Assembly: GCA_963722255.1 (NCBI GenBank)
Contig: CAVRJO010000001.1
Location: 81,007-145,006, forward strand
Reading direction: 5' to 3'
DNA: 64,000 nucleotides
Origin: Candidatus Babeliales bacterium
GTDB taxonomy: Bacteria > Babelota > Babeliae > Babelales > JANWKD01
In this document: in pieces, positions 38,031 to 48,061 of the stretch
Position numbering within the stretch: the stretch's first letter is position 1
Layout: every line of letters starts with the position of its first letter
Notes under the pieces: model-generated
What the model was told of the DNA's origin: nothing
Databases searched by the model: none
What the model saw: the letters and a program-made list of their open reading frames with translations, nothing else
Position numbers and translations under genes: made by a program

Positions 38031-38921
38031 ATGACTTTTAGCATGACCGGATTTGCGACCAAGACCATTGAGGTTGCTTTGCTTAACAATAAAGCATATC
38101 TTTCAATGACGCTCAAATCATTAAATTCCAGATTTTTTGAAGCGACTTGCAAATTACCCCATGCATTACAATCATTAGAAATTGAATTTATTAAACTTTT
38201 AAAAGATTCTTTACATCGGGGTAAAGTAACATTTTCAATATCAATAAGTAATCCTTTAGTATTCAAAGGACCTATTGAACCATCTTTCTATATGGTGCAA
38301 AATTATCTAGAATCTCTGAATCAGATACAAAAAAAATATGCAATTCCCGGAACTATTACTATTTCTGATCTTGTAACATTACCCCATATTTTTATTGAAG
38401 AAGAAGCAACTCTTGATGATTCAATGCTCAATCTTATCAAACAAACTGCGCAAGAATTAATCGCTGAGCTTCGCAAAGAACAACTTACAGAAGGAGTTGC
38501 TTTACAAAATGATATTCAAGCTCGCCTTATACTCTTAAAACAAGAAATAAGGGAAATTGAAAACTGTGCTATCAACGTTAGTCAACAAAGAAAATTGGAA
38601 ATTCATAATAAACTCAATGAGTTAGAAAAAAGCTCCTCAGATGTCATTGAACTTACAAAACATCAATTATTTGCTGAACTCGAGCGTATGGATATCAATG
38701 AAGAAATTGTTCGATTCAATAGCCACCTCTTAAACTTATCTGATGTCATGCAATCAAATCAACAAGAAAAAGGCAGAAAAATCGATTTTATTATACAAGA
38801 ATTAACTCGTGAAATTAATACTATTGGTGCTAAAACAAGTGAAGCTGCAATTGGCACTCGAGCAATTTCTATTAAGGTTGAATTAGAAAAAATTAGGGAG
38901 CAAGCACAAAATATTGTATAA
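38031..38921 (+). CDS. yicC: YicC/YloC-family protein (stress-induced endoribonuclease family)
   Basis: N-terminal SMTGFA motif; ~290 aa with long central helical region and conserved C-terminal DUF1732-like segment (...IDFIIQELTREINTIGAK...). Confidence 0.75.
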   Translation: MTFSMTGFATKTIEVALLNNKAYLSMTLKSLNSRFFEATCKLPHALQSLEIEFIKLLKDSLHRGKVTFSISISNPLVFKGPIEPSFYMVQNYLESLNQIQKKYAIPGTITISDLVTLPHIFIEEEATLDDSMLNLIKQTAQELIAELRKEQLTEGVALQNDIQARLILLKQEIREIENCAINVSQQRKLEIHNKLNELEKSSSDVIELTKHQLFAELERMDINEEIVRFNSHLLNLSDVMQSNQQEKGRKIDFIIQELTREINTIGAKTSEAAIGTRAISIKVELEKIREQAQNIV

Positions 38922-38957
38922 ATAGTCACTATCTTTATTAAAAAAAGGAAGATACTA

Positions 38958-40706
38958 ATGAACGCAGGAGTAAAGAAGTTTATAGTAGGTCTGTTCTGTA
39001 TTGCATTTACGTCTATCCATGCCATTGAATCTTATAACGAAAAAAAAACAGTTTTTGATGAAAATTTTAGTAAAACTTTAGAATCAGAAATTCGTTCCAT
39101 CATCTCACGTGACTGTTCCTTCTCTATCGGACAAATTTCACAATTCAATATTCCTTTTGTTATTAATAATAGAATCAGCCCGAATAACAGTTTCAATAAT
39201 ATTACACCAACAACAAATGCATTCAGTAATAACACGTTAATCGGACTTTCTGCGACCAATAATACCACGAACTCATTTAATACTGACAATACAATTAATA
39301 CTAATAACATTACTAACGGCTTTAGTTCCTTTAATAGCAATGCAAATCCAATAAACTGTAATGTTACGGTTAATAATAGCAATAATCCATCCGGTCTTTA
39401 TTGTCTGGCTCCAAACTTTGCTTCACAAGTTACCAATAATCCTCAACTCGTTGGGAAAATTGCTGTTCCTTGTAATGTTGGAATTACTATTAGTGCAAGC
39501 AATGTTATTATAGATTTTAATGATACCGTGCTTATGGGTAGCGGAGGGTCAACAGGAATCTTAATTAATGGTGGCGTTTCAAATATCATTATACGAAACG
39601 GTACCATAAGCAATATGACAAATGCAGGGATTACTATAAACAATGGTAGTAGTGCCATGACAGGTTCGATTCTTATTGAAAATATGAAATTCTTCAACAA
39701 CGGAACAGCTGTCAATGTTATTGGTGGATTCAATGTTATACTACAAAACTCTCGAGCCTATTTTTCAAATTCTAATGGATTTTCATTTTCCCAAGTAACC
39801 GACTGCTTTTTAAATAATTGCATAAGCAATAGCAATAACAACCATGGCTTTAACATTGCAAATTCAAATTCTATTGTTATATCAAATTGCCAATCTGATG
39901 AAAATACCCAAAATGGTTTTAATATCACTGGGCTTACGGGAAGTGTCATCGAACAATGCGTGGCTAATAATAATCAAAATGGTTTTGTAATTGCACCAGG
40001 GAGTGCTCTATCACAAAACGTATTAATAAATCATTGTTTTACCGCGCAAAATACGATTATAGGATTTTCAATAACAGGAAATGCCATAAATGGCGATGAA
40101 TGTGTTTCTTATAATAACACGACGGGATTTCAATGTATTGGCAACGCTATTTCATTAAGTGATTCTGTTGCAAAAAATAACTCCGGTAATGGATTTCAAG
40201 TTACCGGTAATTTTGCTCAACTAACCAATACAGAATCAATGAGCAACACGGCTCAAGGATTTCAAATTAATGGAATTACTAATTCACTGTTACATGCTCT
40301 AGCAAAAAATAATGGCACCAATGGATTTCAAATTACCGGTACCGGGTCAGAGATACAATATTGCACTGCTTCAAGCAACGGTTCAAATGGAATCATTATC
40401 AATGGCAACAATCATGCCATCTTAAATTGCATAGCACAACAACATAATATAGGTAATGGAACAACGACAGGAAATGGAATTTTATTAGCAGCGCTTAATG
40501 GATTTGGCCCAATTTCAACGACCTGCCAAGTTAGAAATAATACAACAATTGGTAATGTAACCGGTATCAACAATCAAGGAACCAATAATAGAATCTATTC
40601 AAATTTTTCAAACAATAATACCACTAATTATATCAATGTTCCCAATGTAGCAACATCCCCACTGATAACGGATCCAATTAACTTCACAGCAAATATCTCA
40701 GAATAG
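38958..40706 (+). CDS. secreted beta-helix-like protein, divergent fifth paralog lacking the CC-repeat module
   Basis: Signal peptide; Asn/Thr-rich low-complexity linker; GLYCLAP...ISASNVIIDFNDTVLMGSGGSTGILINGGVSNIIIRNGTI parallels the ...YCL...INANNVTLDLNNHT..GSG.GSG.GII.N.G.NR.IKNG.I block of the array genes; many NGF[NQ]I(T) repeats; C-terminus ...NNTTNYINVPNV... is related but lacks the LTGPFAG tail. Confidence 0.6.
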   Translation: MNAGVKKFIVGLFCIAFTSIHAIESYNEKKTVFDENFSKTLESEIRSIISRDCSFSIGQISQFNIPFVINNRISPNNSFNNITPTTNAFSNNTLIGLSATNNTTNSFNTDNTINTNNITNGFSSFNSNANPINCNVTVNNSNNPSGLYCLAPNFASQVTNNPQLVGKIAVPCNVGITISASNVIIDFNDTVLMGSGGSTGILINGGVSNIIIRNGTISNMTNAGITINNGSSAMTGSILIENMKFFNNGTAVNVIGGFNVILQNSRAYFSNSNGFSFSQVTDCFLNNCISNSNNNHGFNIANSNSIVISNCQSDENTQNGFNITGLTGSVIEQCVANNNQNGFVIAPGSALSQNVLINHCFTAQNTIIGFSITGNAINGDECVSYNNTTGFQCIGNAISLSDSVAKNNSGNGFQVTGNFAQLTNTESMSNTAQGFQINGITNSLLHALAKNNGTNGFQITGTGSEIQYCTASSNGSNGIIINGNNHAILNCIAQQHNIGNGTTTGNGILLAALNGFGPISTTCQVRNNTTIGNVTGINNQGTNNRIYSNFSNNNTTNYINVPNVATSPLITDPINFTANISE

Positions 40707-40779
40707 TTTCATCCTCAATGCAAAAGGCCCAGCATTTATTGCTAGGCCTTTACATCATAGAACTATTTCAGAATATTCA

Positions 40780-41931
40780 TTAATCCCAAGGATTCCACTC
40801 TTCTTCCTCTTCACCCTCTTCTTCTTCAGGATTCATTGATTTATAACGCTCCCCAAGTACTTTTTTCAATCGCTCTTGCAAAGAACCTTCTCCCTCTCCC
40901 GTTTCAGGCTTTTTTTCTTCCATTTCCGGTTTTTTAAGTTTTCCCATCTTTTCTTTTAATTGTTCTTCTAAACTCTTTTCTGGCGCTTGCGGAGCTCCAG
41001 GTTCTTTTTTTTCAGGTGAAGGTGGCGGAGGAGGTATTGTTCCTTCATGTTCTTCTTTTTGAGGCTTCTCAGGCTCTACTCCAGGTAAAGGAGGCAACGG
41101 TCTTTCTTCTTCTGATCCTTCAGGCAATTCTCGTTTAGGCACCGGCGGTGGTTCATTTCCTTCATATCCTTCTTGCCATGATCTTTTAACATTTCTATAG
41201 GCATTATTTAGTTGGTTTACATAACTTTTTCGCGTCCCAAGAATATTCTTTTCTTTCATGATCTCTTTCATGAGAGATGCATGCCGAGCCATTAAATCTT
41301 TTTCACGCTGCAATTCTTCAGGTGTATAAACTAATTCTTCTTCTTTTTTAGGCAAGATAGGCAATTCTCTGAGAGATTCCAATATTTTTCTATATATTTG
41401 TAGTGCATAAGGTGATTGATCAATTGCTTGCAATAATGCACTGATCTTATCTTGAATTTTTTTATTTTTTATTTGTGTTTCAAGCAGTGGCAGCTTTTGG
41501 GAAAAACGTTTTAATAGTTCTTCTAAATGAGAGTTAACAAATGATCGTAAAATTTCAGGATTACTAGATTGATCAACTTCCTGCAATAGATCTGAAAATT
41601 CTGCAAGAATGCTCTTTTGCGCTTGCTTTTCTACAGGAGTTAAATCTTGTAGTGGTAATTCTGACTTGCTTATAGATGGGACAAGGTTTGCCTCATCAAA
41701 GAGCGCGTAAATAACAGCCAGAGGTTTTCCCTGAGCACCAATTTTAGTGAAAAATATTTGTAACTTTTCTTTTAACGGCTCAAGCGTCTCATCTCCTGCC
41801 AAAACCAAAACAAGTTCTTGCAATGTTGCCCGCAAGCTTTTTAACTGATCAACAATAGTATATGAGGCATACACAGAGGCAGAACACAGTAACAAAACAA
41901 ACAAGAGACTCATAGTTTTACATTTGTTCAT
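40780..41931 (-). CDS. secreted coiled-coil protein with proline-rich SH3-ligand-like motifs and acidic tail (candidate effector)
   Basis: Signal peptide MSLLFVLLLCSASVYAS; central helical region; C-terminal NEPPPVPKRELPEGSEEERPLPPLPGVEPEKP...GTIPPPPPSPEKKEPGAPQAPEK...EEEEGEEEEEWNPWD. Confidence 0.5.
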   Translation of the reverse strand: MNKCKTMSLLFVLLLCSASVYASYTIVDQLKSLRATLQELVLVLAGDETLEPLKEKLQIFFTKIGAQGKPLAVIYALFDEANLVPSISKSELPLQDLTPVEKQAQKSILAEFSDLLQEVDQSSNPEILRSFVNSHLEELLKRFSQKLPLLETQIKNKKIQDKISALLQAIDQSPYALQIYRKILESLRELPILPKKEEELVYTPEELQREKDLMARHASLMKEIMKEKNILGTRKSYVNQLNNAYRNVKRSWQEGYEGNEPPPVPKRELPEGSEEERPLPPLPGVEPEKPQKEEHEGTIPPPPPSPEKKEPGAPQAPEKSLEEQLKEKMGKLKKPEMEEKKPETGEGEGSLQERLKKVLGERYKSMNPEEEEGEEEEEWNPWD

Positions 41932-42139
41932 AGGTAACTCTTTTTTTAGGCTAAAAATATGTCACATCACTATAAACTATAAAAATTTCTCCAATTCAAA
42001 CTCAAGAATTAAATACAACAAAACAATAAACCTCTATAAAACAGATCTTTTTTGTCGAAAACAATTCAATTTTTTAAATTCTCGTTTACACTAATTACTG
42101 TAGAGTTATCCACAAAAATAATCATTAAGACCCATTTCT

Positions 42140-45100
42140 ATGCTGCAAAAACATTTTACCCATCTGCATTTACATACTGAATTTTCCCTTCTTGATGGGG
42201 CAATACATATTGATAAGCTCATAGATTTTGGTAAAAAAAATAATTTCAAAGCCCTTGCTATCACTGATCATGGAAATATTTTTGGTGCCGTAAAGTTTTT
42301 CCAAAAATGTAAGAAAGCTGGTATTAAACCAGTTCTTGGGATGGAAGCTTATTTTACCGAAGATGTAGCAATCAAATCCGCCGACCGCAAATATTACCAT
42401 CTTATTTTGCTGGTACAAAACGAAACAGGTTATAAAAATCTTTGTAAACTCATTTCTTTTGCCTATCAGAGCGGATTTTATTTTAAACCTCGTATTGACT
42501 ACGCAATACTTAAAAAATATTCTGAAGGACTTATTGCAACATCGGCGTGCCTGGGCGGACACATCCCAACACTGTTGATGAATAATCAACTCGATGAAGC
42601 ACGAGAAAGGCTTCTTTGGTTTTTAGAAGTTTTTGGCCCTGATAGATTTTTTTTAGAGGTGCAACCGGAAGATCAACACGAGCAAGCAGAACTTAATACT
42701 AAGCTCTATGAGCTTAGTGCACACTATGGAGTAAAACTTGTCGCAACAGGAGATTGCCATTACATTCATGCTACTGATCGCGAAGCACATGAAGTCATGC
42801 TTGCCATACAAACGCAGCACAAAATCACTGATCCTGATAGGTTTTCTTTTGGACAGGCTCGAGTACATATGCGCACTCAAGATGAGATGCTTAATCTCTT
42901 CTCAGAACACCCTGACGCAGTATGGAATAGCGGCGCAATAGCGGACTCATGCAACTTTGATTTTACTACAGGCAAACTTTATTTCCCTGAGTTTCAAATT
43001 CCGGACCAACATACACCTGAATCTTTCTTTACCGAACTTTGCCATCAAGGGTTGCATAATCTTATACAAAACGACCTTATTGATAAACAAAAAGAGCACG
43101 AATACTGGAATCGTCTCAATTTTGAACTTGATCTCATTATTAAAATGGGATTCGTTGGTTATTTTCTTGTCGTAAGCGATTTTATTCAATGGTCAAAAAG
43201 AAATGGCATTCCTGTTGGCCCCGGACGTGGTTCTGCAGCAGGATCATTAGTTTCATGGTCGTTACAAATTACTAATATTGATCCTTTAAAATATAACCTA
43301 CTTTTTGAACGCTTTTTAAATCCAGAACGAATCAGCATGCCCGATATTGATATAGATTTTTGTATCGAAGGTAGAGATGCTGTTATTAATTACGTTCGAG
43401 AAAAATATGGCCATGATAAAGTTGGTCAAATAATCACCTTTGGTACCATGATGGCAAAAGGTGTTATCAAAGATGTTGCACGTGTTTTGGGAATGCCATT
43501 TGAAGATTCAAATGCAATATCAGCACTTATACCCGAGCAACTAAAAATAACGCTTAAAGAAGCAATCGAACAAGAACCAAAACTCAAAGAGCTTATCGAT
43601 AATAATTCCCAAGTTGCAAAAGTCTTTGAAATTGCATTCACCTTAGAAGGCATTACTCGTCATGCCTCCAAACATGCCGCAGGTATTGTTATTTCTCCCG
43701 AGCCTATTGATGAAGTTCTTCCTGTGTATGTTCCACCAAAAAGCAGCGAACTCGTTACACAATATGCAATGACAGAATTAGAGGCATTGGGTTTTTTAAA
43801 AATCGATTTGCTTGGGTTAAAAAACCTTACACTTATTGAACGAACTCTTCAACTTATTAAAAAAAATCATGACATTGTGATCAATTTGGATAAGTTACCC
43901 CTTGATGATGCTAATACCTTTAAACTCATTTGCCAGGGAAAAACATCGGGGGTATTCCAGCTTGAATCAAATGGTCTTAAAGAAGTTTTACAAAAGCTTC
44001 AACCGGAGAAATTTGAAGATATTATTGCTGTAAATGCTTTATATCGTCCCGGACCTCTTGGCTCCGGAATGGTAGATGACTTTATCGAGCGCAAACAGGG
44101 TCGTCAAAAAATAATCTATATCTTTCCGGAACTTAAACCTATTCTTGAAGAAACCTACGGTGTTATTGTCTATCAAGAACAGGTTATAAAAATCGCATCT
44201 GCAATAGGAGGCTATAGTTTAGGCGAAGCAGATATTTTACGTAAGGCTATGGGGAAGAAAAAAGCTGACGTAATGGCAGAACAAAAGGAGATTTTTTTAA
44301 AGAAGTCTTTAGCACTTAATTTTGATGCAAAAAAATCTGCTGAAATTTTTGACTTAATGGCCTATTTTGCCGGTTATGGTTTTAATAAATCACATTCTGC
44401 TGCTTATGCATTAATTGCGTATCAAACTGCTTATTTAAAAGCTAATTTCCTTCCTGAATTTATGGCTTGTTTGATTTCGCTTGAATCGGCCAATGCCGAA
44501 AATATGGTTTTTTATTTACAGGAAGCAAAAGATATGGGGTTACCAATTTTGCCGCCCAATATTAACAGCTCTGAAATCGATTTCAGCATTATTAATAACG
44601 CACTTCTTTTTGGTTTACGCGGTATAAAAAATGTTGGCATGGCATCTCTTGATAATATTATTAATGAACGTAAAAAAGGACCCTTCACTGATCTTTTTAA
44701 TTTTTGTAAACGAATAGATTTACGAACTTCAAATAAACGTGTAATAGAAAACTTAATTTGTGCAGGTGCATTTGATTCTTTACCGGGCAATCGAGCTCAA
44801 AAATATGAAGAGCTTCCTAAAATTATGGAACAAGCTTCTGCCAAAAAAAAGAGTGAAGAAACCGGACAATTAGGGCTATTTGATATTCAGAGCAGTCCTA
44901 GTCCTGATCTTTCAGTACACCAAGAGCCTTCCTATTCATTCAGTTCTCGCTCAGAATGGGATAATAAAACAAAGCTTGAAAAAGAAGAAGAGGTCATTGG
45001 TTTTTATTTAAGCGCACATCCACTCGATGCCTATAAACACTATTTACAATGGTTTAAAATTCAACCATTTCAACATATATTGAACGCGTCCTCTTCTCTA

Positions 45101-45601
45101 AATTCGATGCAAGAACCGGTTATTATTGCATGCGGATTACTTAAAGCAACCAAAGTTATTATGACAAAAAAAGGCGATCGAATGGCTTTTATAACTCTAG
45201 AAGATACCGTCTCAACCGCTGAAATAATTCTTTTTCCAAAAACATATGCAGTAACAGAGAAATGGCTCAATGAGCATCATGTCTTTATTGTTAAAGGAAA
45301 TTTAGATATAACTTCAACACAGAAATGCAAAATCAAAGCTCAATCTATGATTCCACTAGATTTGCTCTTTGAAGAATGGCCTCATATAGAAACTATTATT
45401 TTAGAGTTACCACCGGAATTTAACGAAACAATGCTTCATAATCTTAATCAAAAGCTTGTTGCAGGCAAAACGGCTCTTAATTTTATATTTTATGAAAATG
45501 GAAAAAAATTATATTTAAAAAGCCAAAAGAAGATCAACTTAAGCTCTAATTTTATTAAAGAAATTAATGAACAAAACATTCAAATACATATTACGCTCTA
45601 A
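42140..45601 (+). CDS. dnaE: DNA polymerase III alpha subunit
   Basis: 1153 aa; N-terminal PHP domain (HLHLHTEFSLLDGA), polymerase core (...GRGSAAGSLVSWSLQITNIDP...PDIDIDF...), OB-fold region. Confidence 0.95.
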   Translation: MLQKHFTHLHLHTEFSLLDGAIHIDKLIDFGKKNNFKALAITDHGNIFGAVKFFQKCKKAGIKPVLGMEAYFTEDVAIKSADRKYYHLILLVQNETGYKNLCKLISFAYQSGFYFKPRIDYAILKKYSEGLIATSACLGGHIPTLLMNNQLDEARERLLWFLEVFGPDRFFLEVQPEDQHEQAELNTKLYELSAHYGVKLVATGDCHYIHATDREAHEVMLAIQTQHKITDPDRFSFGQARVHMRTQDEMLNLFSEHPDAVWNSGAIADSCNFDFTTGKLYFPEFQIPDQHTPESFFTELCHQGLHNLIQNDLIDKQKEHEYWNRLNFELDLIIKMGFVGYFLVVSDFIQWSKRNGIPVGPGRGSAAGSLVSWSLQITNIDPLKYNLLFERFLNPERISMPDIDIDFCIEGRDAVINYVREKYGHDKVGQIITFGTMMAKGVIKDVARVLGMPFEDSNAISALIPEQLKITLKEAIEQEPKLKELIDNNSQVAKVFEIAFTLEGITRHASKHAAGIVISPEPIDEVLPVYVPPKSSELVTQYAMTELEALGFLKIDLLGLKNLTLIERTLQLIKKNHDIVINLDKLPLDDANTFKLICQGKTSGVFQLESNGLKEVLQKLQPEKFEDIIAVNALYRPGPLGSGMVDDFIERKQGRQKIIYIFPELKPILEETYGVIVYQEQVIKIASAIGGYSLGEADILRKAMGKKKADVMAEQKEIFLKKSLALNFDAKKSAEIFDLMAYFAGYGFNKSHSAAYALIAYQTAYLKANFLPEFMACLISLESANAENMVFYLQEAKDMGLPILPPNINSSEIDFSIINNALLFGLRGIKNVGMASLDNIINERKKGPFTDLFNFCKRIDLRTSNKRVIENLICAGAFDSLPGNRAQKYEELPKIMEQASAKKKSEETGQLGLFDIQSSPSPDLSVHQEPSYSFSSRSEWDNKTKLEKEEEVIGFYLSAHPLDAYKHYLQWFKIQPFQHILNASSSLNSMQEPVIIACGLLKATKVIMTKKGDRMAFITLEDTVSTAEIILFPKTYAVTEKWLNEHHVFIVKGNLDITSTQKCKIKAQSMIPLDLLFEEWPHIETIILELPPEFNETMLHNLNQKLVAGKTALNFIFYENGKKLYLKSQKKINLSSNFIKEINEQNIQIHITL

Positions 45602-45607
45602 GCGAGC

Positions 45608-46264
45608 TTACAATTCTTGCATATGCATAGTTGCATCAAAATAATAATCTTCATGTAATGCTTCAATTGTAGACAAAAATGTTTGTAAAATAGAAGCATT
45701 TTTACAAAGCAGCAGAAGATTAATTGATTTCTTTAAAAAAGCACGAACCACATCAGCATCATTTTTATTTTTGATCAATGCTACGGTAATTGCATTATAG
45801 AGACTCGCTACATCTGTATTGGTTATTTTTTTTTCCCAATCTTCCATAAATTCTTCTAATCTATCAATTTGGTTAGTATAAACAAAAAGAGAGCATAATT
45901 TGTTCAAATGTACGCATAATCTTGAGTTAATACCCAATTGTTCATATAATAAAATAGTTTGCATAAGATCATCCTGAGATGTCTCATCGAGCAAAAGAAT
46001 ATGCTCATATACAGCTGCAGCTTCTATTAATTTTTTATTTTGAATATACAGTAGTGCGGCTCCCCGGTATCGCAGACAAGCGGCAGGTATATCATTAAAA
46101 GAAAGTAGAATATCACCCTCTAATTGAGCGGCAAGGGCATAATCATCAAATGAATGGATAAGTAATTTATATAAGCAAAGCGCCCGTTCTCGTTCACCAC
46201 GAGAAACAAATTCTGCTAACTTAAACCATGCAACATTATATTTATCCGACGGGAGCTGCCTCAT
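45608..46264 (-). CDS. hypothetical helical (TPR-like) protein
   Basis: 218-aa all-helical ORF, convergent with dnaE; no recognisable motif. Confidence 0.3.
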   Translation of the reverse strand: MRQLPSDKYNVAWFKLAEFVSRGERERALCLYKLLIHSFDDYALAAQLEGDILLSFNDIPAACLRYRGAALLYIQNKKLIEAAAVYEHILLLDETSQDDLMQTILLYEQLGINSRLCVHLNKLCSLFVYTNQIDRLEEFMEDWEKKITNTDVASLYNAITVALIKNKNDADVVRAFLKKSINLLLLCKNASILQTFLSTIEALHEDYYFDATMHMQEL

Positions 46265-46443
46265 TATTTATATCCCTTTGCTTCTCAACCAATTTACTCT
46301 CATAATCTTTACCCTATCACGGGGAAAATTTGAGAACAAGCTTTTGTGCTAAATCAAATATTTTTAATTTCTGCAGGGATATATTTTCCATCAATATCTG
46401 GAAGAGGATTTGCTTTATGTGACTCCAAAATAATTTGAGCGGC

Positions 46444-46948
46444 AATTCCATCCCATGATTTTTCGACTAAAAACATCAATTAAGCAAACCAAATATACAA
46501 AACCACCCCGTATTTTTATATAGGTTATATCTACTTGCCAAACCTGATTTGGTCGATTAATAAGCAACCCACGCAATAAATAAGGAAATACTTTGTGCCC
46601 CTGATTTCGTATGGTTGTTTTTTTGCGAGGGTAAATGGCCTGGATGCCCGCTATCTTAAGCAACATAAAGACTTTTTTATGATTAACCAAAAAACCATTT
46701 TCTCTTAAAGCTACTGTCATGCGCCGATAGCCATAGGAAGGCGTTTCTTGATAAATTTCACGTAGCTCATTCATAATAATTGCATCATTATTTTTTTGAG
46801 GTTTAGGCTTGTAATACATCGATCCTCTCGATACATCTAAAAGTTCACATTTTCTTTTAAAGTCTATTGCTTCATTTACACACTCAACCATTTCCTTACG
46901 CTGCTTTAAATCTATCGATTGAGCGAGCGTTCTAAAAAATCACGCTCT
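46444..46948 (-). mobile_element. IS3-family element internal fragment (copy 2, ~505 bp), inserted in an IS4-like remnant
   Basis: Near-identical to 11740..12240 of copy 1; ORF 46415..46891 reads straight through the site frameshifted in copy 1 (..GGFVYLVCLIDVFSRKIMGW); similarity to copy 1 ends abruptly on both sides. Confidence 0.75.
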
Positions 46949-47455
46949 CCAATAATAAGCAACACTTAAAACAAGAATAAGACGTTCTATTCGTTCTGCA
47001 TGGCGTAACTGAGTAGTAGTGATATCAAAGCCTCTTGATTTAAAGTCTGAGAACATAGGCTCAATAGACCATCGCATGCCATAATCAAGAACTTTATATT
47101 CGGTAGGAACACAATCCATAGCAATGATCCAAGGTTCATCTTTGCCTTCATCTTGTAGTGCACCAATGTTAGTTGTAACGCCAGAATTATTCAACTGAAC
47201 ATTGCACAACGATGTTTGTTTTAATCTGATAAGCTCGCCAGAACTCAATTCCCCACCATGATGAAAAAGAATAAGATTACCTTTCAAGCGAATGCGGTAT
47301 CGCCATTTGAAACTTTGACATAATTGGATAAGCGCAGGATTCCCATAGAATCTATCCGCCATTAAAATAATTTTTGCATAGCTTGGTATGTTAGCAAACA
47401 CCGCCTCAAGCAGTTGTTTTTGAATGGTAAAGCCAATTTCTCCTTGAGTTTAGTC
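46940..47455 (-). pseudogene. IS4-like DDE transposase C-terminal fragment
   Basis: C-terminal Y-x2-R-x3-E-x6-K signature YGMRWSIEPMFSDFK; an in-frame stop ~47455 truncates the N-terminus, and the IS3 fragment abuts the C-terminus. Confidence 0.55.
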
Positions 47456-47763
47456 TCCATTTTTCTCTTTGTATTGAGTCACCCTTCCTTTGCACAAGAG
47501 CTCTGTATTTGTCTTTGGGTGAAGCAATAACCTGCCCCGATTGATTTATTTCTTTAACTTCTGATTTTTGCATTGTACACATTAAAAAAGTACAGGATAT
47601 ACTACAAAAAAATATAATTTTATTATTCATAAAACCCTCTTTTACTAATCGCTAAGATCGGTAAAAATAGTTTAAAACAATTAGAGCGAGTTTTGCAAGA
47701 AAGAAGGAAAGATATGCATTAATTTAAGAAACTGGCCTGTCAGGCATTTCTGAAGGAAATGAC

Positions 47764-47838
47764 TGGTGCCGAGGAGTGGAATTGAACCACCGACACTGTG
47801 CTCTTCAGGCACATGCTCTACCACTGAGCTACCTCGGC
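47764..47838 (-). tRNA. tRNA-Phe (GAA)
   Basis: Reverse complement GCCGAGGTAGCTCAGTGGTAGAGCATGTGCCTGAAGAGCACAGTGTCGGTGGTTCAATTCCACTCCTCGGCACCA; anticodon loop CTGAAGA; CCA encoded. Confidence 0.9.
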
Positions 47839-48061
47839 TAGACACTGCTTATGGTACAGATATGAGATTTTTTGTCAATAAAATTAACTAAAAAAATAGA
47901 TTTTCTATAATGAATTTTTCTTATAATGGTGCTACAATGCCTGAAATAATAAAACGTATTCACAATTAACCCAACAAATAGTCTTTTTTAGGTTTGCTAA
48001 TCCTATCTGTCTTTGCTACATTTAAGATAAATAATTTAGGTCCCTAAACAAAAATGATACA

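Noticed and set aside
42106-42114. Perfect DnaA-box consensus TTATCCACA ~30 nt upstream of dnaE
   Set aside because: Single isolated box with no additional boxes, no AT-rich DNA-unwinding element pattern or dnaA/dnaN context, so it is most likely chance in AT-rich DNA.
47406-47630. 74-aa minus ORF with hydrophobic N-terminus adjacent to the IS4-like remnant
   Set aside because: The C-terminal third overlaps out-of-frame transposase remnant sequence and there is no RBS. It is probably a chance ORF across eroded IS DNA.
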